Virus record (IMG/VR): IMGVR_UViG_3300021960_006627
Span: 15,804-79,803 of that record
Origin: a virus
Strand: one strand, 5' to 3'
DNA: 64,000 bases
Below the pieces are notes generated by a model that did no database searches, was not told where the DNA came from, and saw only the letters and a list, made by a program, of their open reading frames with translations. How positions within the stretch are numbered: position 1 is the first letter of the stretch; every line of letters begins with the position of its first letter. Shown here one piece after another: positions 45,445 to 53,059 of the stretch. The translations under genes and the position numbers were made by a program.

Positions 45445-45855
45445 TTATCCTTTATCCTTTATCCTTTTTCTTAAGCCGCTTGTGCTGAAAGAGTGTTTCC
45501 TACTATTATAGTATATTTTTATCCCCTTGTCAAGACATAATTGCTTGCCCGTATAATCTTTGGACTTGTATTCCTCTCCAATAAAACGCACATCAATTTT
45601 ATATGTTAGAAATATGTCCAAAAGGTCCTGTTCAGTGGCATAGGGAATAATTTCATCAATATACTTGCAGCCTTCCAATTGCACGTATCTTTCAAATACA
45701 CTTTGGATGGGTTTGTTCTTTTCGGGTCTATCAATTGTGGGATCAGTTTGTAGTCCTACAATCATATAATCACAGTTTGATCTTGCTTCTTTTAACATTG
45801 CCACGTGTCCGCTGTGGAACAAATCAAATGCTGATGCCGTGAATCCTACTTTCAC
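45445..45855 (-). CDS. glycerol-3-phosphate cytidylyltransferase-like (TagD family)
   Basis: FDLFHSGH, IVGLQTD, ER, FSTSGLR. Confidence 0.88.
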   Translation of the reverse strand: MKVGFTASAFDLFHSGHVAMLKEARSNCDYMIVGLQTDPTIDRPEKNKPIQSVFERYVQLEGCKYIDEIIPYATEQDLLDIFLTYKIDVRFIGEEYKSKDYTGKQLCLDKGIKIYYNSRKHSFSTSGLRKRIKDKG

Positions 45856-46028
45856 GAAACACCTCCGGGTGGCGTTAGATCAGGAGTAATGCAGTGTAGT
45901 GCAACATATCCTGGGTAGAAATTATTTGCTGTGGCAATGCCTTGATCACAGTTTTCAAATTCACCTACCACAATGGGATTGCCATTGTAGGCTGCGATCA
46001 TCCATACATATACTATAAATGATTTCAA
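45852..46028 (-). CDS. small hypothetical protein (not in ORF track)
   Basis: TTG start after AAGGAG; 58 aa; overlaps both neighbours by 4 nt. Confidence 0.5.
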   Translation of the reverse strand: MKSFIVYVWMIAAYNGNPIVVGEFENCDQGIATANNFYPGYVALHCITPDLTPPGGVS

Positions 46029-46351
46029 AACTTTCTCCTTCCGTCAAACACACAAACAAAATATAATTCTTCGTTACCTGCATGAACACGATGAAACACA
46101 CCGTCCTCGATTAATACAGTATCACCCGCTTCAACATTGTGTGTAACATCATCAAGTTCCATGGTTCCACTGCCTTCTAAAAACATATAGACCTCTTCTT
46201 GCCCTTCGTGCTTGTGTCCGCTTGTGCTTTTGCGTGGATTTAATCTTGTGCTACTCACAACAAGATTTTTTAGTGTTGTATTATCTTTTACAATATAGCG
46301 GTCGTCATTCTTAACAACTACGCCTTCTATACTTGAACTTTTAAATTTCAT
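46025..46351 (-). CDS. cupin_2 domain protein
   Basis: HKHEGQEEVY..GSG...GVFHRV. Confidence 0.85.
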   Translation of the reverse strand: MKFKSSSIEGVVVKNDDRYIVKDNTTLKNLVVSSTRLNPRKSTSGHKHEGQEEVYMFLEGSGTMELDDVTHNVEAGDTVLIEDGVFHRVHAGNEELYFVCVFDGRRKF

Positions 46352-46761
46352 TGTCTCTCCCAAGTGCTGTCTGCTGTGAGTTTAAAACTGCCCTTGCAAT
46401 CCCAAGAAACTCTTTCCGGTTCTATTATGCTTAGGAACAGTTTATCATCATAACCAACGTATAGATGATATGTCTTACCCACGACAGGAATAAAAGCATA
46501 CTTTGCATTATACACTAGTTCAGTGTCGTTTGCAAGTTCTACCAGTTCAAAATATTGCCGTTTTAGATCTTCAAAACGTGTTTCCAAAAGATGCGTGGCA
46601 TTGACTCCTCGTTCATTCTTGTGTTTAAGCACGTCAGGAATGGTAAATGCAGGAGCACCAACATTCGTAGGATATGGTAGTGAGTTTGGATTATCCACTA
46701 CATTATCTGGCTTCTTCTTAGAGATCTCCGTCCTTCCTATTTTCGCTGTAATGCACATCAA
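46348..46761 (-). CDS. DUF2452-like protein
   Basis: LPYPTNVGAPAF, FIPVVGKTYHLY. Confidence 0.55.
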   Translation of the reverse strand: MMCITAKIGRTEISKKKPDNVVDNPNSLPYPTNVGAPAFTIPDVLKHKNERGVNATHLLETRFEDLKRQYFELVELANDTELVYNAKYAFIPVVGKTYHLYVGYDDKLFLSIIEPERVSWDCKGSFKLTADSTWERQ

Positions 46762-47161
46762 ACTCTCCGCCTGGATATCGTGCCTTGAGTTTCTCCACGT
46801 TTTCCTCCACTACTTCGTTAGGGTCAAGATCCAATGCTCTGCAAGTATTAACCCAATACCAAAGAATATCGCCCAGTTCTCGTTTAAGGTGAAAGCGAAC
46901 ATCCTCGTTCCAAGGTTTGCCTTGGAATATAACCTTTTTAATAATTTCATTTAGTTCTCCAGTTTCTGAACTCAAACCGATGCCACCCGTAAGCAGTAAT
47001 GAAACATTGCACGGTGCTTCGTCCTGCACTTCTGCTTCTGTTTTGTGTGCATAGCCACTTAGATATCCCAAGCGTCCATACAAGCGATTTGGATCATTTG
47101 ATTCGTCAGATGTAACCTTTTCTACGAATTCCTTGTATTTGTTTAGATCAATGTTAGACAA
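46718..47161 (-). CDS. mazG: MazG-like NTP pyrophosphohydrolase
   Basis: ETGELNEIIKK, ELGDILWY, NVEKLKARYP. Confidence 0.88.
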   Translation of the reverse strand: MSNIDLNKYKEFVEKVTSDESNDPNRLYGRLGYLSGYAHKTEAEVQDEAPCNVSLLLTGGIGLSSETGELNEIIKKVIFQGKPWNEDVRFHLKRELGDILWYWVNTCRALDLDPNEVVEENVEKLKARYPGGEFDVHYSENRKDGDL

Positions 47162-47185
47162 TTTAAACTCCTCTAATTTACATAT

Positions 47186-47214
47186 ATTATATACTATCTG
47201 TTAATACATGTCAA
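47186..47214 (-). promoter_or_regulatory. consensus sigma70 promoter of the mazG to ferredoxin operon
   Basis: TTGACA-17-TATAAT. Confidence 0.8.
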
Positions 47215-47264
47215 GAGTTCTGGTAAATATTTTTATAACAATCGTTATGCAAAAGGAGAATCCC

Positions 47265-47453
47265 ATGATTAGAAATCTTAACGTAAACCTCGAAGTAGGG
47301 CAAGAAATCCTTGTTGGCAAGAACAATAGCAAGGCTAAGATTACCAAAATTGAATTCCATCCAAAGTCAGGGGAGGTATCCATAAACACCACACGTGGGC
47401 CGAGAAAGGCATTGACCTTTAGGCTGTGTCCAGATAAAGCACTCAGTTATTAA
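47265..47453 (+). CDS. small hypothetical protein
   Basis: AAGGAG SD before MIRNL; TAAATA at about 47224. Confidence 0.6.
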   Translation: MIRNLNVNLEVGQEILVGKNNSKAKITKIEFHPKSGEVSINTTRGPRKALTFRLCPDKALSY

Positions 47454-47479
47454 CTGCTAGTTTATATCTAAATACTATT

Positions 47480-47716
47480 ATGAAATGGTTCATAATAGTG
47501 TTAATGATGGGAACCTATCCCGACGGCAGCAAGGATGTATTCTGGTATCAGCAACCTAAGTTTGATACCGTGGAAGAATGCAAACTTTATGTTGGCTACA
47601 ATGCTGGTTCAATCAAACGAGATATGCAGATAGAGTTTCAACTAAAACCAGTAGAAATGGTCTATTGTGTTCGTGAAGATAAACTTGATGTTTTTGGAGT
47701 TCCTACAGCAATCTAG
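47480..47716 (+). CDS. small exported or membrane-anchored protein
   Basis: hydrophobic N-terminus, two Cys; TAAATA 5 nt upstream. Confidence 0.6.
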   Translation: MKWFIIVLMMGTYPDGSKDVFWYQQPKFDTVEECKLYVGYNAGSIKRDMQIEFQLKPVEMVYCVREDKLDVFGVPTAI

Positions 47717-48105
47717 TTATTGACAAACATTCCAGGGTCGAATGTTGCCTGAGAACCGTCACTGTATTCTTTACCGAAGTATGCAAGATCCGACGGTGCT
47801 TCGTTTTGCCATGCAATAATAGATTCAACTTCCACTTTTTGTAAATCTATCTTTTTGCCCTGCTCGTCTTCTATGTCAATTTTTCTGGTCCATCGACCAT
47901 GCTCGATTAAAATCCAGTCACCCACATTGTATGGATCAGTATTCTCAGGTCCTTTTGCATATACCTGAGCCCATCTTGGTTTTACACCATGTGCCTTTGC
48001 ATCATCCGATTGAATGATGATACCGCCTGCTGTTTTAGTTTCTCCGAAGTGCATATTTGTAACTAAAACATCCGCATGAATTGGTCTGATCTTTCCTTTA
48101 ATCAT
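47713..48105 (-). CDS. groES: GroES-like co-chaperonin
   Basis: IRPIHADVLV, TKTAGGIII, VYAKGP, VGDWIL. Confidence 0.8.
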   Translation of the reverse strand: MIKGKIRPIHADVLVTNMHFGETKTAGGIIIQSDDAKAHGVKPRWAQVYAKGPENTDPYNVGDWILIEHGRWTRKIDIEDEQGKKIDLQKVEVESIIAWQNEAPSDLAYFGKEYSDGSQATFDPGMFVNN

Positions 48106-48116
48106 GTTCTACCTTT

Positions 48117-48350
48117 CTAAGTATTTTTCTTTGATCTGCTTACTATTTCTTCTTTTACTGCTCTAGGATTGCGCTTATAGTAATCTGCTAAAACTTCTTC
48201 TCTTGTTCTAACAATTTTTCCGCCCTTACCAATTTCATCGCCTCGAGCATTTACTTTAGCATTACCTACAGCAGGAAGCAATTCATTGCGTAGGTTAAGT
48301 TTTTCCATGTCAATTTCTTTTCCACGCATACTTTTAACTGTCTTACCCAT
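48117..48350 (-). CDS. hypothetical protein
   Basis: AAGGAG SD. Confidence 0.7.
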   Translation of the reverse strand: MGKTVKSMRGKEIDMEKLNLRNELLPAVGNAKVNARGDEIGKGGKIVRTREEVLADYYKRNPRAVKEEIVSRSKKNT

Positions 48351-48822
48351 TGTTTTCTCCTTTAAAGAATTCGTTTAGTGGTATATCGTATTTAATCGAG
48401 TTGATCTTATGGACCCCTAATAAGTGAAGAACGTAACTAGCCACGCTGGATCCTCTACCTACACCCCAAACTATTCCTTGTTTTCTTAGTGTATCTACTA
48501 TGTATTTCATTTGTTTCAACAGCATTAGTAAGTTTCTATTTTCATATTCTTCCAGTTCTATATTAACTCTATCAACTTCTTGCTGTGTTTTACATAGATC
48601 CAATACATATTTCTTAATATCCATTTTCTTATATGAATCAGGCATGAACCAATTATTTGGATTGAGTTCCTTTTTTGGAACTGGATAATCCAAAAATTCT
48701 TTTTTAATCTTATTTGTGTATTTCGTGAGATCGTAATCTGTGACACAATCGGATAGAATATCCGGACCATGTTTTAACACTCCATTTATTAAGTCTTCGA
48801 TTGTGTTTATCTTAATCGACAT
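48343..48822 (-). CDS. stand-alone DNA polymerase III alpha (DnaE) palm fragment
   Basis: RVNIEL..., GIVWGVGRGSSVASYVLHLLGV...IKYDI; ends before the PDxD motif. Confidence 0.75.
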   Translation of the reverse strand: MSIKINTIEDLINGVLKHGPDILSDCVTDYDLTKYTNKIKKEFLDYPVPKKELNPNNWFMPDSYKKMDIKKYVLDLCKTQQEVDRVNIELEEYENRNLLMLLKQMKYIVDTLRKQGIVWGVGRGSSVASYVLHLLGVHKINSIKYDIPLNEFFKGENNG

Positions 48823-49048
48823 TAATTAATTGATCCAAATCCTTATCTTGATCATTTGTTTTAATAGGTTGCATTGCTCTTCTGCGTATCTCATCTCTAT
48901 ATATTGTAACAAATGTTTGGAGTTGTGTCAATAGTTCTCCCTTGCCTAAACGTGCGGCTTGGGTGTATTTTTTGCTCAATTCGGATATTCTTTCTTGTAA
49001 TTGAGTGTCGTTTAATTCTTTGGGATCTTCTTGAAATGGGTGGAACAT
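48812..49048 (-). CDS. hypothetical protein
   Basis: coupled ORF. Confidence 0.65.
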   Translation of the reverse strand: MFHPFQEDPKELNDTQLQERISELSKKYTQAARLGKGELLTQLQTFVTIYRDEIRRRAMQPIKTNDQDKDLDQLINVD

Positions 49049-49650
49049 TAACTAAATTTTCCTAGGTATCTCATGAAAATTACTCCTGCACTGTGTCTCC
49101 AAACTTCTATGAATACAGGATCAGTTTCACTATCTAGTGTAATTGTTCCTGGAAAAGATGGATCCTTTTTAATTACAGTACCGCCCGATGTTATAAAACT
49201 AACGGTTGTATTAACGCTACCTGATCTGTAAAGTTCTAGTGTTACCTTCCCCATACCGATCGGTGTTATTTCTGAAGTAAAGACTGGATCTCCCGGAAAA
49301 TTTAAAAAATCAACATTTATATTTGCTGCTACACGATAAATTTGATAGTTACCATTTTCATAATCAACGGTAGTTGGACTGGCTGAAACTGCGCCTGCAT
49401 CAAATTTCTGTGTTCTATTGTTTTGTAGTAATGCTCTTTGAATCTTTTTAAGTTCAAAATCATTATCTACATTAACTTTAGCAGTATTATCCTGGAGACC
49501 TGTGATTTCGTCCTTAGCATTTCGTAGGCTGGTTTTGATGGTATCAAAGTTATCTCTGAAAACCTGTGTGTCATTGTCCTGTCCAGCAACAGGAAAATTT
49601 TCGTTAATGCTTAGATAGTTTATATTACTAGCCACTGTTTTTGTCTCCAA
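49048..49650 (-). CDS. putative virion (baseplate/fibre-associated) protein
   Basis: INENFPVAGQDNDTQVFRDNF; TAAATA motifs upstream. Confidence 0.55.
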   Translation of the reverse strand: METKTVASNINYLSINENFPVAGQDNDTQVFRDNFDTIKTSLRNAKDEITGLQDNTAKVNVDNDFELKKIQRALLQNNRTQKFDAGAVSASPTTVDYENGNYQIYRVAANINVDFLNFPGDPVFTSEITPIGMGKVTLELYRSGSVNTTVSFITSGGTVIKKDPSFPGTITLDSETDPVFIEVWRHSAGVIFMRYLGKFS

Positions 49651-49696
49651 TTATATTTATACATATTTATCACTTAACTACTGCAAGAATAATTAT

Positions 49697-52192
49697 CTAG
49701 GATCTGTTTGCTGTAATATCATTCTGGAGAGATACTTCTCTCTGAGGAAATGCTAGATAAGTGTCCTGTATTTCACCCTCTATTATGTCTATAACGTATC
49801 GATCTGCAACAAAATCCAGCGTTTTAAAGTCAAAATTACTAGCCTTTATTCTTGCCATAACGCTATCTGCTCTACCAGGGTTAGCATAACATAGAACTAA
49901 TGATTTTGTAAAACCTAGTTCAGCAACTCCATTTTCTTGAATACTGCGCATCCATAAAGGTAAAAACTCTCTATCTCGTAATCCTATATCTTTAATACGC
50001 TTCCTCATATTTTTGGTGCTGTTAGGAAACACCCTTTGAAGATCAGCATCACTAACAAATGGTATATCACTGTCAACTTTTATTGCATCATAACTTACCA
50101 ATACCTTACTGTTAATATTATCCTTAAGTTCTACTGTAGGACTTATACTTTTTCCATTTTTTTCTAAATCATCTATGATTTCTACATAGATTACTTCATA
50201 AACTGTTTCTTGTGTATCAGGATCTTTTGCTTCTGCTTTTTTAACATCGCCTAGAGTAAATCTTTTTCTATAGTGATTTCTACTCATTGCTTGAATATAC
50301 TTTACTGCTTCCTTACTTTCTATTCCTGCAAAGATTAAACTTTTAATTTCTGATTGTATTCCAAAATTATCATCACCGTATCTATAAATGTCACCCGGCG
50401 AAAAAATTGTGGCATCTGTAATGAAGTTGAACCATGATAATCTCTTGGACTTCTCCTGAAATGCTTTAGCATATAAATTTGCGAATGTTGCAGTATTTTC
50501 GGAAATTACTGTAATCTTAAATTCTTTTAATGATTCTGCAAAGTTTGCTCCATCTCTAGCACGAATTGTAAAATAAAACTCTTTATCGAAACTAGTTGTT
50601 TCTGAATCAAATGTATTAGTGAAAGATCTTGAACCAGTAGAATCAATCAAACTTGAATCCCGTTCAAAGAACCTTGTTAAACCATCATTATCGGAATCAG
50701 CAAACTGTCTAACTTTTCCCTGTATAACGCCTGTTGGTAAGAAACTTAAACCTGGAGGTAATTCACCTTCTACTAAATCATAAATGACCCTGCCACCGTA
50801 TAATAAACTTTTTGCTTCAACAAATAATTTGCTAGGTTGATTGGGTTTAATACTTCCCCTATCCATATCGCTGACCCATTCTATGGCACTTTCAATTTCG
50901 CCTATTATGTCAATAGTAAATGTTTTATCAACTGTGCTAACTCCTAGTTCCCATACTGATGTATCTTGGTTTGGTATAACATTTTGATGTATCTGTTTAG
51001 ATACATAGATGAAACCTTCGAATCTAACCGCTTCATTGATTTGATAAATTCTAGTTGAATTCCAATCTCCGACTAGGGTATAATCTGCTTCGGCAAGTGT
51101 AATTGGAAAATTTACGGCCTTTAGAGTAAATTTATATGTTTTAGTAACTGCTGCCTGATAAGGAACACGACCTGCTAGTTCTCCTGTTTTAGTATCAAGT
51201 TCTAGTCCCGGCGGAAACGTGCTGTCTGTGCCATCAGGATTTCTATCAACATAAAAATAACTAAGTGTTCCTGAAAGTGTTGGAGGATCATACACGTCTA
51301 AGAAAATCGTAAGATAATTGTTCGCTCTCCATCTACCTAGATAAGAATCAGTAAGCCATAACGGTGTTCGATCTCTGGAACTATCTGCTTGGAATAAGTT
51401 TGTATCTACTTGTAATAGTGTGTTGTCCGCTTGTAGAAACTCTTCGGTCACAACATAAATTTTAAAAATTCTATTTACTGCATTGACGCCATCAGTTACA
51501 GCAATGCCGAAAGTGTATATTCTGCTCAGTTTCTGTGGTGTTCTTCCTTGCTCTCCGTAATCAAATGTTTGGTTATCATAAAAATATGTGTCAAAACCAG
51601 TTGAATTATTTTTTGCCACATCCAGTGGAACAGTGTCAAATGAATGTGTATCATATGCTCCTGTTGGGTTGGCATCGTAGTCTAGTGCTAGAACAGGTTC
51701 TGTAAATCCTGTTATTCTTCCAGTCTTGGATATTGTTAAACCGGGAGGTAATTTTCCACTGTTAGGAACCAAATAATATTCAAGAGTATCACCAGCAACT
51801 ACATCAGTGTCTGTGGCCGATAATTGAAAATCCACTTTTGAATCGTCAAGAACAAAATATGCTTCTCCTGGACCAACATTTAAAAATCCTTCTTCGGTAA
51901 TCCATTCTGGAAAATCTGCTCCATCGACAGATAGTTTAAATGTTCTATCCTTTTCGTCTTCTCCATCAAATGCTCTAATCACAAAACGTGATTCTGTAAA
52001 TTTTGTAACCTCTACTGGGGTGCCTTTAATTTGATTATCTTTTAAAAAAAGACCTTGGGGAAGCGATCCTGCAATGACAGAATAGGTAATTGTGTTACTA
52101 GTATCAGTGGTTGCCGAGACAGGAATATTTACGGTAATTCTTTCTTCAAGAACTCCAAGGTCTCCTGCTGGCGTTGTCCAAGTTACTGCCAT
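49697..52192 (-). CDS. Ig-repeat baseplate-type structural protein
   Basis: repeated GxLPxGL putative Ig modules; position among fibre genes. Confidence 0.6.
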   Translation of the reverse strand: MAVTWTTPAGDLGVLEERITVNIPVSATTDTSNTITYSVIAGSLPQGLFLKDNQIKGTPVEVTKFTESRFVIRAFDGEDEKDRTFKLSVDGADFPEWITEEGFLNVGPGEAYFVLDDSKVDFQLSATDTDVVAGDTLEYYLVPNSGKLPPGLTISKTGRITGFTEPVLALDYDANPTGAYDTHSFDTVPLDVAKNNSTGFDTYFYDNQTFDYGEQGRTPQKLSRIYTFGIAVTDGVNAVNRIFKIYVVTEEFLQADNTLLQVDTNLFQADSSRDRTPLWLTDSYLGRWRANNYLTIFLDVYDPPTLSGTLSYFYVDRNPDGTDSTFPPGLELDTKTGELAGRVPYQAAVTKTYKFTLKAVNFPITLAEADYTLVGDWNSTRIYQINEAVRFEGFIYVSKQIHQNVIPNQDTSVWELGVSTVDKTFTIDIIGEIESAIEWVSDMDRGSIKPNQPSKLFVEAKSLLYGGRVIYDLVEGELPPGLSFLPTGVIQGKVRQFADSDNDGLTRFFERDSSLIDSTGSRSFTNTFDSETTSFDKEFYFTIRARDGANFAESLKEFKITVISENTATFANLYAKAFQEKSKRLSWFNFITDATIFSPGDIYRYGDDNFGIQSEIKSLIFAGIESKEAVKYIQAMSRNHYRKRFTLGDVKKAEAKDPDTQETVYEVIYVEIIDDLEKNGKSISPTVELKDNINSKVLVSYDAIKVDSDIPFVSDADLQRVFPNSTKNMRKRIKDIGLRDREFLPLWMRSIQENGVAELGFTKSLVLCYANPGRADSVMARIKASNFDFKTLDFVADRYVIDIIEGEIQDTYLAFPQREVSLQNDITANRS

Positions 52193-52204
52193 TGGTTACC
52201 TCCG

Positions 52205-52783
52205 TTAAGTAATGCTACCACAGTCCAAATTCAAATCTGAATCGAGTGTTAATGTTCCAAAGTCAGCGTTGGACATTTGCATTGATAACTGTATAGCATT
52301 TTCATATGATCCATTAATAGTTCCAAAATCATATGTTGTTAGATATTCAGTTACCGGCACAACATTTTTAAATCTTACAGTGCTTCCTATAGCAGTTACT
52401 TCAATGTCCTTTATTCCTGTTTCGGAAGCAGGAGCACTAGCACCTTCTAGTGTTATCTGTTGGTGTGTATTTGCATAAACGCTTCCGCTATCAGTATCAA
52501 ATCTAATGAATGCATCAGGAGCGGTATTTGTTATTTCAATGTTGTCTGCATTGTCAGTTAATACTATTTTAGTACCAGCAACAAGTCTTTTAAATTGTAA
52601 ATCTGATCCTGTTTTCTGTTTGAATATTCCTGCACCAACACTGCCTGCATTGGTTACCGTTACCGTTAGTTCGTCATTAAGGTCTGCAAAGTTAGCATTA
52701 ACTTTTTCAAATGCGGTTCTTAGATCGTCACCAGTACCGTCATTTACCAAGTTACCTATATTAATTGTCTGTAAAGTTGCCAT
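52205..52783 (-). CDS. baseplate/fibre protein with gp9/gp10-like N-terminus
   Basis: INIGNLVNDGTGDDLRTAFEKVNANF. Confidence 0.7.
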   Translation of the reverse strand: MATLQTINIGNLVNDGTGDDLRTAFEKVNANFADLNDELTVTVTNAGSVGAGIFKQKTGSDLQFKRLVAGTKIVLTDNADNIEITNTAPDAFIRFDTDSGSVYANTHQQITLEGASAPASETGIKDIEVTAIGSTVRFKNVVPVTEYLTTYDFGTINGSYENAIQLSMQMSNADFGTLTLDSDLNLDCGSIT

Positions 52784-52803
52784 TTTGCTTCCTATATCTA
52801 TAT

Positions 52804-53058
52804 TTAGTGGAGATCAGCCCACCCTGCTGTGCTGTCATTGTTCGCATCCGCAGCATATCCTTGAAATTTTCCTGTTGTTGTATTATAAACCATCATTCCA
52901 AAAACTGGTGTAAGTGCATCTATCTGGGCCTGTGTTAACTGAGGAGGCCCAACATATAACTCATCAAAGTTTTGGTTAATCTTATTAAACGCAGTGCGTA
53001 GAGTATCCCCTGTTCTGTCGTTTGCGGAAGTTCCGATATTTACGGTTAATTTACTCAT
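52804..53058 (-). CDS. mini fibre/baseplate protein with gp9/gp10-like N-terminus
   Basis: VNIGTSANDRTGDTLRTAFNKINQNF; GMMVYNTTTGKFQGY. Confidence 0.7.
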   Translation of the reverse strand: MSKLTVNIGTSANDRTGDTLRTAFNKINQNFDELYVGPPQLTQAQIDALTPVFGMMVYNTTTGKFQGYAADANNDSTAGWADLH

Positions 53059-53059
53059 C

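Noticed and set aside
46718-46761. Possible frameshift or odd start at the mazG/DUF2452 overlap
   Set aside because: A TTG/ATG with GGAG upstream explains the overlap without recoding
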